Source: Capsulimonadales bacterium
GTDB lineage: Bacteria > Armatimonadota > Armatimonadia > Armatimonadales > Armatimonadaceae
Assembly: GCA_033762295.1 (NCBI GenBank)
Contig: JANRLW010000064.1
Span: forward strand, 64,001-128,000
Reading direction: 5' to 3'
Length of the DNA stretch: 64,000 nt
In this document: one piece after another, positions 19,193 through 27,612 of the stretch
How positions within the stretch are numbered: the stretch's first letter is position 1
How the letters are laid out: every line of letters begins with the position of its first letter
The notes under the pieces: model-generated
What the model was told of the DNA's origin: nothing
Databases searched by the model: none
The model's input: only the letters and a program-made list of their open reading frames with translations
Made by a program: the position numbers and the translations under genes

Positions 19193-20302
19193 GTGGAAAG
19201 CGTTCAGGTGACCCAGCTGGTCAAAAAGTTCGGAGATAAGGTCGTGGTCGATAACCTCGATCTTCAGGTGGATAAAGGAGAGTTCATGGTCTTTCTGGGG
19301 CCGTCCGGCTGCGGAAAAACGACGACTTTACGCTGCATTGCCGGACTGGAAATCCCGGATGGCGGCGAAATCCGGATCGGCGCGAACAGCGTCACCAAAC
19401 TTCCGCCCGCCGAACGGGATATCGCTTTCGTCTTTCAGTCGTTCTCCCTTTACCCCCACATGACCGTGCGCGAAAACCTCTCCTTTCCCTTGCGAGCGGT
19501 CCGAACCCCGGCCAATGTGATCGCCGAGCGAGTAACCGCGGCGGCCCGCTCCCTGCATATTGAGAAACTGCTCGACCGTCGCCCGAACAAACTGTCCGGA
19601 GGCGAGATGCAGCGGGTGACGATCGGCCGGGCCATCGTCCGACGGCCGCAGGTCTTCCTGATGGATGAACCGCTGTCGGCGCTCGACGCCAAGCTGCGTA
19701 CCGAGATGCGCGCGGAGATCAAACGACTGCAGAGCGATCTGGGCGCGACCACGATCTACGTCACCCACGATCAGCTGGAAGCGATGAGCATGGGCGACAA
19801 GATCGCGATCATGTACGGGGGAATACTGCAACAGGTCGGCACACCGACGGAAGTCTATGACAATCCTCGAAATCTGTTCGTCGCCGGGTTTATCGGATCT
19901 CCGTCGATGAACTTCTTGCCGGTCCGGCGCGAGGGCGATCAACTCCGGATCGTCGGAACCGAGGGGGCGAGCGACGTAATGCTGCCCATCGCCGCCGAAG
20001 CGGGACACCGTTTCTCCGGCGGGACGCCGGATCGCGAGTTGGTCCTCGGTGTCCGCCCGGAAGATATTCAACTGGTTTCCACCGGAAGCGTCGGCGCACC
20101 GGAGGCGGAGGTCTATGTCGTCGAACTCCTGGGATCGGAAAATATCATCAACCTCCGAATCGCCGGGCATATCGTCAAGGCGCGTACTCCGCCGACCTTC
20201 CGCCCGCAGGTCGGGGAAACTCCGGGACTGCGCCTCGATCAGACACGCAGCCACCTGTTCGATGCCGCTTCCACAATCGCCATCACGAAAAAGGAAGGGT
20301 AG
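19193..20302 (+). CDS. carbohydrate ABC transporter ATP-binding protein (MalK/CUT1 type)
   Basis: GPSGCGKTT, LSGGEMQR, FLMDEPLSALD, YVTHDQ, FVAGFIGSP, C-terminal TOBE-like region. Confidence 0.95.
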   Translation: MESVQVTQLVKKFGDKVVVDNLDLQVDKGEFMVFLGPSGCGKTTTLRCIAGLEIPDGGEIRIGANSVTKLPPAERDIAFVFQSFSLYPHMTVRENLSFPLRAVRTPANVIAERVTAAARSLHIEKLLDRRPNKLSGGEMQRVTIGRAIVRRPQVFLMDEPLSALDAKLRTEMRAEIKRLQSDLGATTIYVTHDQLEAMSMGDKIAIMYGGILQQVGTPTEVYDNPRNLFVAGFIGSPSMNFLPVRREGDQLRIVGTEGASDVMLPIAAEAGHRFSGGTPDRELVLGVRPEDIQLVSTGSVGAPEAEVYVVELLGSENIINLRIAGHIVKARTPPTFRPQVGETPGLRLDQTRSHLFDAASTIAITKKEG

Positions 20303-20305
20303 GAA

Positions 20306-20524
20306 ATGCTACACGGACGTTTCGCCCAGATCGCCGAGTTCGCCTCGATCGTCCTGATCCTTCTCGGCATCGTCTGCCTCTGCCAGCCGTTCTTCTTCGT
20401 GCTTTTTCAAAACGGCTTTTCCCTGTTGCTGCTCGGATGGATCGGCCTGACGATCTTCTCGCACCGTCACCCGATCCTTCCGAAACCCGGCGACTCGAAT
20501 CCGTCCGCCGACCACGGTCATTGA
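20306..20524 (+). CDS. small two-TM protein associated with the ABC ATPase
   Basis: LILLGIVCLCQPF...GFSLLLLGWIGLTIFSH; 3 nt after the ATPase stop. Confidence 0.7.
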   Translation: MLHGRFAQIAEFASIVLILLGIVCLCQPFFFVLFQNGFSLLLLGWIGLTIFSHRHPILPKPGDSNPSADHGH

Positions 20525-20551
20525 CCGATCCCGGCGGACGGAACCGGGCCG

Positions 20552-21133
20552 TCAGATCGCTTTGCCGACCTCGGTCGCTTCGGGCACTTCGATCAGTTTT
20601 CCCGTTCGGACATCATACACGTAACCGTAGATCGGGATCGATTTCGGCACCAGCGGATGAAGGCGAATGCGCCGGACATCGGTGATGACGCTTTCCGTTT
20701 CACTGCGGAAGGTCAGCCAGTCGATAAACTGCCCTTCCTCGGAGCCGGGTCCCGCTCCCGTATCGCGCCAGCCGTCCGCATCCACGGTCGCCGTCTCCAG
20801 ACTGCTGGCCAGCAAGCCCCGCATGATCTCATCGGAAAAAAGCGCCATGCCGCAGTCCGTATGATGAATCACGAAGAACTCACGGGTCCCGAGCAGTTTG
20901 TAGGAGATGACCAGCGAACGGATCGCATCATCGCTGGCGCGTCCGCCGGCATTGCGAATGACGTGCGCGTCGCCCTCGGACAGACCGGCAAATTTCGCGG
21001 GGTCCAGACGAGCGTCCATGCAGGTCAGCACGGCGAAGCGACGTCCGGGCGGCAGGGGGAGATTCCCTTTCTCACCGAAATTTTCGGCGTAGGCGGCGTT
21101 GGCGGCCAGCACCTCATCCAAAACCTGACTCAT
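20552..21133 (-). CDS. beta-class carbonic anhydrase (clade D-like)
   Basis: [26 protein letters not shown]. Confidence 0.92.
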   Translation of the reverse strand: MSQVLDEVLAANAAYAENFGEKGNLPLPPGRRFAVLTCMDARLDPAKFAGLSEGDAHVIRNAGGRASDDAIRSLVISYKLLGTREFFVIHHTDCGMALFSDEIMRGLLASSLETATVDADGWRDTGAGPGSEEGQFIDWLTFRSETESVITDVRRIRLHPLVPKSIPIYGYVYDVRTGKLIEVPEATEVGKAI

Positions 21134-21239
21134 TGCCTGAGATTTCCTTCCTGAGTTGCAAAGAATGCCCGGCCTCGAAACGGACAGGACCGGGCCGGAA
21201 GTAAATATACCTCCTCAGACCTTCCGGACGGATAGCATT

Positions 21240-21264
21240 GAACTTTTTACGGCGGTCATTCGTA
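21240..21264 (+). promoter_or_regulatory. ECF-sigma-like promoter upstream of the redoxin gene
   Basis: GAAC-17 nt-CGTA (GAACTTTTT...CATTCGTA). Confidence 0.5.
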
Positions 21265-21314
21265 CATCGGGCAACACAATCCGCTGGACCGCATCCGGTT
21301 CGGCAGGGGGAAAA

Positions 21315-21911
21315 ATGAATACTTCCGTAAAAAATCGATGGGTGGGGGGCGGCGTGCTTGTCGCTCTGGGAATCCTGATATCGGTTCTGCCGGTATCCGC
21401 ACGACATCTCGTTCAGGACGACTTGCGGCGCTCCGCTCCGGAACTGACCGTGGAGGCGACAAACTGGATCAATACGGGGGGGAAAGCCGTCCGGTTGTAC
21501 GAAAACGGTACGAACAAGACGGTCGATCGGGTGACCGTCCTGGCATTCTGGACGCATGGTTGTATCAATTGCGAGCGCACCGTGCCTTTCTGGAACGATT
21601 GGGCGAAACGGTATGCGGAAAAAGGCGTATCGATTATCTCCATCCATACGCCCGAACTCGATTTCGAGCGGAAACCGGAAAACGTTCGGCGTTACGTCCG
21701 GGAGAAAGGCATCGTTTTCCCGGTAGCGATCGATAACGATTCGGCGGTGTGGAACGCCTACGGCGTTCGGGTATGGCCAACGACGATTCTCCTCGATGCG
21801 AAGGGGCGGGAGCAGGCTCGCTGGGAAGGGGAACTCGATTACAACAAAAGCGGAGGCTATAAACGGTTCGAGCGACGGATCGAACAACTGCTGCGTCGTC
21901 GACAACAGTGA
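21315..21911 (+). CDS. exported redoxin / TlpA-DipZ-like thioredoxin
   Basis: FWTHGCINC, IHTPE, FPVAIDND, VRVWP; N-terminal TM/signal. Confidence 0.88.
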   Translation: MNTSVKNRWVGGGVLVALGILISVLPVSARHLVQDDLRRSAPELTVEATNWINTGGKAVRLYENGTNKTVDRVTVLAFWTHGCINCERTVPFWNDWAKRYAEKGVSIISIHTPELDFERKPENVRRYVREKGIVFPVAIDNDSAVWNAYGVRVWPTTILLDAKGREQARWEGELDYNKSGGYKRFERRIEQLLRRRQQ

Positions 21912-21917
21912 TAACAG

Positions 21918-21943
21918 TCCCCTTTCCGAAGCCGGAAAGGGGA
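21918..21943. terminator. hairpin between convergent genes
   Basis: TCCCCTTTCCG-AAGC-CGGAAAGGGGA. Confidence 0.55.
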
Positions 21944-21957
21944 GGGCACCGCAAGGA

Positions 21958-23664
21958 TCAACGATTTCGGTCGGAAAGGTCCCACAGACGACGTGACAGG
22001 CGGGCGGCGACCGCGAAATCGATCGGCAACTCCAAAGAACCGGTCAGGCAATCGTCCCGGTAACCGGCGGACGCCATCAGCGGAGCGTCGCCGCACAGCG
22101 CGGACAGATCGTTCGGGTCCCAATCCGTGTCGGATGTGGGGCGGGCGGTCGAAGTCAGTTTCGGGCGAAGCCAGTTCACGACCGCTTTGGTCTCGAGAAC
22201 GAACGCGATGTTTCGGTCCCTCGTCAGCGTCGACAGCGGGAGCGGAACCGCCGGCGGCTTGCGAAAGGCGTCGACCGAACGGTTCAGCAGGTCGGGAGCG
22301 GTCGCGAAGAGAACCGCCCGGTCGATCTGTGCGACCTGCTCGCTGGGAAGTGGGCGATCCGGCGCAGGGGCTCCCGGAGAGGAAACCTTCCAGTCCGTGG
22401 GCAGGGAACGATAGACCGCGTCTTTCGCCGTGCGGCGGGGAAACGTCAGCCGCGCATCGTGCGCCGTAATGGAGTCCGCAAGACGGTCAGCGAGGCGTGC
22501 GGGGTTGGCTCCGTGGGAATTGTCCAGGACGGCCAGAAGATCGACCGAGTCCGGATGGGAACCGGGATAGGCAGCGACGGTCAGGTGACCGGACAGAGCC
22601 CGAAGAACGTCCCGATCCAAACTGAGCTGTGTCTGACGTTCGAACTCGGCAACGGAGCGTTCCCAGGATCGCAGGCTCTCTCCACCGCTGCGCCGGACAG
22701 CCTCCTCGAATACGGCCAGGCATTTGCCGGGCTGCGCCATGACCACGAGGCCCAGCGAACCGGGTGGAATACGGAGGGCGGCTTCCGGTTTGATCGGAGC
22801 GATTCCGGCCATCGGGCGGAGCGCGTCCGCGTCGCCGCCGGTGACGCTGTCGAAAACGATGCCGTCTTTCCGAAGCGTCGCACTGAAGCAGGCCGGCTGA
22901 ACCTGCGACAGAAGACGGACCGTCGTTTCGTCGGGCGGGCCGCTTTGCCTCTGCGCCCGCCGGATCAGGTCGGGCGATACATAGCAGAGCAGGTTGGCAT
23001 CGGCCGGCAGCTTACCGCGCAGCCGAACGAAGGCCGGGTCCGCCGCCAGGGAGGTCCGTTGCGCCCGGTGGACGTTTCGAACCACTTGCAGCGACGATGG
23101 TTCCGACAGCAGGAGATAGCCGTCCGTGACAACGGCCGCGATATCGCCACGGAAGGGGGAATCGGAACCGGACGGGGAAAGGTTGAGAAAGTACATCGAC
23201 GGCCCGTCCCGGTCATCGGTTCGGATGGCATGGCGTTTCAAAACCGTAATCGCGTCGCTTTCCCGGCGTACGCGGACGACGATCACCAGATTGGGCGCGT
23301 CCGGTTGTCCGGGCTTGTCCCAGATCAGGACGCCGCCCGCGCCGGTCAGGGACGGCATCAGGTCGCGCAGGACCGGAACCGAGTCGGCCGCACGGTTCAG
23401 CGACGATTCGATACGTCGGTTGAGCCCTTCACGCTCCAGCGCGGAGGCGATGCGTCGGAAGGCTTCCGCCTGATCGAACGATCCCGGTTGCGGGTCGAGG
23501 CTGATCGCCAGGGCGGTCTGCGGCGGCGCGAAGAGGAGAAGCGTCCTTTCGCCGGGGCGACGTTCCCCGGAACTACCGAAATGCCGGGCCAGCGCCATTC
23601 CGAGCAGCACACCGAGAATAGCAATGAATGCGATTGCACCGAAAACGGTCAGGCGGCGGGTCAT
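21958..23664 (-). CDS. membrane-anchored DUF3352-like protein
   Basis: N-terminal TM; SLAADPAF, LSLDRDVLRALSG patterns; SD AGGAGG. Confidence 0.65.
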   Translation of the reverse strand: MTRRLTVFGAIAFIAILGVLLGMALARHFGSSGERRPGERTLLLFAPPQTALAISLDPQPGSFDQAEAFRRIASALEREGLNRRIESSLNRAADSVPVLRDLMPSLTGAGGVLIWDKPGQPDAPNLVIVVRVRRESDAITVLKRHAIRTDDRDGPSMYFLNLSPSGSDSPFRGDIAAVVTDGYLLLSEPSSLQVVRNVHRAQRTSLAADPAFVRLRGKLPADANLLCYVSPDLIRRAQRQSGPPDETTVRLLSQVQPACFSATLRKDGIVFDSVTGGDADALRPMAGIAPIKPEAALRIPPGSLGLVVMAQPGKCLAVFEEAVRRSGGESLRSWERSVAEFERQTQLSLDRDVLRALSGHLTVAAYPGSHPDSVDLLAVLDNSHGANPARLADRLADSITAHDARLTFPRRTAKDAVYRSLPTDWKVSSPGAPAPDRPLPSEQVAQIDRAVLFATAPDLLNRSVDAFRKPPAVPLPLSTLTRDRNIAFVLETKAVVNWLRPKLTSTARPTSDTDWDPNDLSALCGDAPLMASAGYRDDCLTGSLELPIDFAVAARLSRRLWDLSDRNR

Positions 23665-23788
23665 GCAGGAACCTCCTGTGGAACGGAACAAAGGGATTCG
23701 GCGATAAAATGAACCGGGTACGGAAAGAAAGACACGTGAAACCGACAGTGGTTGCGGAATCCGGGATTCCGACAGGGAAGGAAAAAGC

Positions 23789-24670
23789 ATGACGACCGCT
23801 CCGATGGAAGCGATGCCCGCCCCGGAAGGGGAGGCCGTTTCCGGAACATCCCCGGAAGTGCGGCTGGTTCGGAAGCATCCTCTGGCAATCCGGTGGAATC
23901 ACTGGATCAATTTTCCGGTCCTTTTCGTGATGGTCTGGAGCGGATTCCTGATTCTCTGGGCGCACGACGCGTACCCGAACGAACCGCTCGCGTTGAAAGT
24001 TCCGAACCGGATCTCGTTCTATCGCGGCCCCTCGGCTCCGGCGGCGCAGACCGAGTCCGAACCGGGGATTCGTTTTCCGGTGAACTTGCGTCTGCCCGGG
24101 GGCGGGGTGGCGGTGGTCTATGGCGACCGGGACACGGCGGAGTACCCCGCGCCCGTGGAGCGGCGGTGGGACATTCGTACCGGCTTCCGTCTGTCGGAGG
24201 GGATGGCCTGGCACTTTACCTTCGCCTGGCTATTTACACTGAACGGTGTCGCCTATACCGTGTTTCTGCTCGTTTCGGGGCAATGGCGGCATCTGGTCCC
24301 GCTTCGGAACTCGCTGACCGAGGCCTGGAAGGTCGTACTGCACGATGTCGGGCTGTACCGGAAACCGCTACCACCGGGCAAGTATAACCATGCCCAGCGG
24401 ATCGCCTACACCGGTGTCTGGGCGATGGGAGTCGGGATGGTGGTGACCGGACTGGCGATCTATAAACCGGCGCAAATGAACTGGCTGGCGGATCTGCTCG
24501 GGGGGTATCAGGCGGCGCGCACCGAACATTTCCTGTTGACGATGCTTTTTCTGGCGTTCTTCGTGATCCACATCGCACAGGTGATGCGTGCCGGATGGCA
24601 AAATTTTCAGGGAATGATCACGGGCTACGAACTGCAAAAACGATCGGAGACGGCAAATGAACGACTCTAA
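23789..24670 (+). CDS. cytochrome b/b6 domain membrane protein (Ni-hydrogenase/thiosulfate reductase b-type)
   Basis: HPLAIRWNHW, AWHFTFAW, KYNHAQRIAY, ARTEHF...FVIHI. Confidence 0.88.
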   Translation: MTTAPMEAMPAPEGEAVSGTSPEVRLVRKHPLAIRWNHWINFPVLFVMVWSGFLILWAHDAYPNEPLALKVPNRISFYRGPSAPAAQTESEPGIRFPVNLRLPGGGVAVVYGDRDTAEYPAPVERRWDIRTGFRLSEGMAWHFTFAWLFTLNGVAYTVFLLVSGQWRHLVPLRNSLTEAWKVVLHDVGLYRKPLPPGKYNHAQRIAYTGVWAMGVGMVVTGLAIYKPAQMNWLADLLGGYQAARTEHFLLTMLFLAFFVIHIAQVMRAGWQNFQGMITGYELQKRSETANERL

Positions 24671-25136
24671 TTCCTGTCCCGCCTGTCATCGGCAAAACGA
24701 CACCGACGCCATCTTTTGCCGGCACTGCCGGAAAGCGCTCGGCCCGTTTCCGTATATCGAGGAGGAAGTGGAGCGAGAAACCGCCTGGTACGAACGCTGG
24801 GCCGAAAGAACCGCGGAGTTCATCGGGCGGCCCCATTATTTCGCGGTCCATACGGTCTGGTTTCTGGGATGGGCACTATTGAACGCCGGAATCGTAGCGG
24901 CGGTCGGGAAGTTCGATGCCTATCCGTACAATCTGCTCGGACTGATGCTCGGGATCGAAGCGATCTTCGTCACCGGATTTCTACTGATTGCCCAGAACCG
25001 GGAAAACACACGGGAACGGCGACTCGCCGAACTGGAGTACGAAATCAATGTCCGCGCCTACCGTGAAATTCAAGAGGTAAAAAGTCTGTTGAACGAATTG
25101 GCCGCACGGCGCGATCAGGGAGGAACGAATGGATAA
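24657..25136 (+). CDS. DUF1003-domain membrane protein with N-terminal Zn ribbon
   Basis: CPAC...CRHC; FDAYPYNLL, LIAQNRE, ELEYEIN. Confidence 0.85.
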   Translation: MNDSNSCPACHRQNDTDAIFCRHCRKALGPFPYIEEEVERETAWYERWAERTAEFIGRPHYFAVHTVWFLGWALLNAGIVAAVGKFDAYPYNLLGLMLGIEAIFVTGFLLIAQNRENTRERRLAELEYEINVRAYREIQEVKSLLNELAARRDQGGTNG

Positions 25137-26016
25137 GGAAGCGACCGAACAACCGCTGACGGAAACGACGGAAGCGTCGGAGTCCGCACCGACACCGGTC
25201 GGTCCGGTCGCGCCTGCGAAAGTGACGATCGAGGCGGACGAACCCCTCACGGGAGGAGTCCTCACCGGGGAAGCCGCCGAGCGAGAGATGCGCCGCCATA
25301 CCCGCCGATCGTTTCTCTGGGCGGGTGCGGCGCTCCTCGGGGTGCCCGCCGGCTGGAAATGGTTCAACGATCATGCGCCGGAGGACGGCACGTCGATCAA
25401 ACAGGTATTTCGCCGGACGCTCCAATTCAATGAAACGGTGGCCCGTACGGTGTTTTTCTCACCGACCCATCGGGCGCGGGAGTTTCCGCGCGAAAAAGCC
25501 GTCGAACCGCGTAACAACTATAAGGGCGAGACGCCGGAGATAGACCTTGACTCCTGGCGGTTGCATCTGTCCGGGACGGCGGAGGGCGACCGGGTTCTGA
25601 CGATGGGCGATCTGGAAACGCTTCCACGGTCCGAGCAGACGACCGAACTGAAGTGCGTCGAGGGCTGGTCGGCGGTGGTGAACTGGTCGGGCATACCGCT
25701 CGTCGAATTCCTGAAAAAATACCCGGTGCCGGTCGGCGTCGAATACGTGTCCATGCGCTCGGAACCCGAAGGTTACGAGGATGAATGGTATTACGTCGGG
25801 CTGGATATGCCGGGGTGCCTGCACCCGCAGTCGCTTCTGGCCACCCATATGAACGGTGAACCGCTGACGGCGGCGCATGGCGCGCCGCTTCGACTGGTGA
25901 TGCCGCACAAATACGGGATCAAACAGATCAAACTGATCACGCACATCGCGTATGAAAAGGAACGCTCCAGGGATTACTGGGCCGAACAGGGGTACGATTG
26001 GTACGCCGGACTTTAA
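25129..26016 (+). CDS. molybdopterin-dependent oxidoreductase (sulfite oxidase/MsrP-like family)
   Basis: TRRSFL twin-Arg, [50 protein letters not shown]. Confidence 0.9.
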   Translation: MDKEATEQPLTETTEASESAPTPVGPVAPAKVTIEADEPLTGGVLTGEAAEREMRRHTRRSFLWAGAALLGVPAGWKWFNDHAPEDGTSIKQVFRRTLQFNETVARTVFFSPTHRAREFPREKAVEPRNNYKGETPEIDLDSWRLHLSGTAEGDRVLTMGDLETLPRSEQTTELKCVEGWSAVVNWSGIPLVEFLKKYPVPVGVEYVSMRSEPEGYEDEWYYVGLDMPGCLHPQSLLATHMNGEPLTAAHGAPLRLVMPHKYGIKQIKLITHIAYEKERSRDYWAEQGYDWYAGL

Positions 26017-26038
26017 ACGGAATCGAGAAGGGACGGTT

Positions 26039-26638
26039 ATGAAACTCGCTAAAAAGATCGGATTCTTTGTGGTCGGCATCACGCTCGGAAGTGGAATCGC
26101 GTTCGCCTGGCAGGCACAACAGGCGCAGCCGGAGCCGCAGGAGCCGGCGAACGCTCGGACGGAGGCGAAAGACGCAAATACGGCGAAAGTCGGCAAGAAC
26201 GACGGCAAGCCGATTGTCCGGGTCGTGAAGAGCGATGCCGAATGGCGGAGAAGACTGACCCCCGGCCAGTATCACGTTCTGCGGCAAGCCGGGACCGAAC
26301 CGCCGTTTACGGGGGAATACTGGAACCACCACGGAAAAGGAACCTACGTCTGCGCGGGCTGTGACCTCGAACTGTTCTCCTCGGCCACCAAGTTCGAGAG
26401 CGGGACGGGCTGGCCGTCGTTCTGGCAGCCGGTGGGTCAAAAGCAGGTGATCGAGAAGACGGACCGAAGCCACGGAATGGTCCGGGTCGAGGTCGTGTGC
26501 GCCCGCTGCCGGGGGCATCTTGGCCATGTGTTCGATGACGGTCCGAAGCCGACCGGACTGCGCTATTGTATGAACTCCGCCGCTCTGAAGTTCGTACCGG
26601 CCGCCGGAAACAAAAACGAAAAGAGCGACCGGCACTGA
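26039..26638 (+). CDS. msrB: peptide-methionine (R)-S-oxide reductase with signal peptide
   Basis: [48 protein letters not shown]. Confidence 0.96.
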   Translation: MKLAKKIGFFVVGITLGSGIAFAWQAQQAQPEPQEPANARTEAKDANTAKVGKNDGKPIVRVVKSDAEWRRRLTPGQYHVLRQAGTEPPFTGEYWNHHGKGTYVCAGCDLELFSSATKFESGTGWPSFWQPVGQKQVIEKTDRSHGMVRVEVVCARCRGHLGHVFDDGPKPTGLRYCMNSAALKFVPAAGNKNEKSDRH

Positions 26639-26654
26639 GCGGGCCGGCTTTCGG

Positions 26655-27308
26655 CTAAGCGTTCGCGGCGGGACGGACGGACGGATCGTCGACCGGCAGT
26701 TCCCGTTGCACGGTCGCCGGGTTTCCGGCGACCAGGGTGTTCGGCGGAACGTCGCGCGGGACCACCGCTCCCGCCGCGACGACCGCCCCCTGACCGACCG
26801 TTACCCCCGGCAGTATCATGGCGCCCATCGCGATCCAGGCACCGTCCTCGATCACGATCGGTTTGGATTTCAGCTCATACTGCATCCGACGCTGGCTTGG
26901 TCCGAGCGAATGAGTGCCGGTATGAAGAACCGCCAGCGGACCGATCGAGACGTTTTCGCCGATGGTAATCTCGCCGTCCAACCCGAGGGTGACGTCCGTC
27001 GCGATCAAACTGCCCTCCCCGACGGTCAGGCGTGACGCAATATCTCCGTCCCCGACGATGCGAAGTCTGCCATACAACACGACACGCCGACCGAGACGAA
27101 ACCCGGCGCGACGGTAGAGGACGGCGCGTATTCGATGGAGAGTAAAGTCCGGCAGGAGGTTCGCAAGACCCAGCCAGAAATTCAGACGAGGTCGAAACCG
27201 GTGTCGCAACCCGTTCCACTCCTTCACTATCGAATCGGAAAAACGTGACGAAGGGGGCGTACCGGGGCCTGACAATATGGCATTGTCCGTTCTGGTTCTC
27301 AGAGTCAT
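26655..27308 (-). CDS. hexapeptide-repeat acyltransferase (LbH, maltose acetyltransferase-like; start uncertain)
   Basis: PIVIEDGAWIA...ILPGVTVGQGAVVAAGAVVPRDVPPNTLVAGNPA. Confidence 0.88.
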   Translation of the reverse strand: MTLRTRTDNAILSGPGTPPSSRFSDSIVKEWNGLRHRFRPRLNFWLGLANLLPDFTLHRIRAVLYRRAGFRLGRRVVLYGRLRIVGDGDIASRLTVGEGSLIATDVTLGLDGEITIGENVSIGPLAVLHTGTHSLGPSQRRMQYELKSKPIVIEDGAWIAMGAMILPGVTVGQGAVVAAGAVVPRDVPPNTLVAGNPATVQRELPVDDPSVRPAANA

Positions 27309-27488
27309 GCGTTCATTCGTTCCGTAAGAGGCTGTTCCCGTTCGCACAACCGAAAGCCAACCCGGTCGTCCGGCGCCATCCCCTTACCCTCTACTTTGTC
27401 GGTGTTGCGGGCAAGGAAAGTTCCCTCATTTTCCGCATTCCCCTACATGTCGCAAAGAACCGCCTGACGGATCCTGCCTATATCACCC

Positions 27489-27517
27489 AAACTACCCGCA
27501 ATCTCGTCAGGTGTCAA
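27489..27517 (-). promoter_or_regulatory. sigma70 promoter upstream of the acyltransferase
   Basis: TTGACA-17 nt-TAGTTT. Confidence 0.55.
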
Positions 27518-27565
27518 GGCGTTTTTCAGTTCATTCGTGACGGAATGCCTGCAAGTTTCGCGCCG

Positions 27566-27599
27566 AAAAAGCGTCTTCCCCGGTCCGGGGAAGACGCTT
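27566..27599 (-). terminator. intrinsic terminator of the metalloprotease gene
   Basis: Minus strand AAGCGTCTTCCCCGG-A-CCGGGGAAGACGCTT followed by TTT. Confidence 0.8.
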
Positions 27600-27612
27600 C
27601 GGATTCCGAAAA

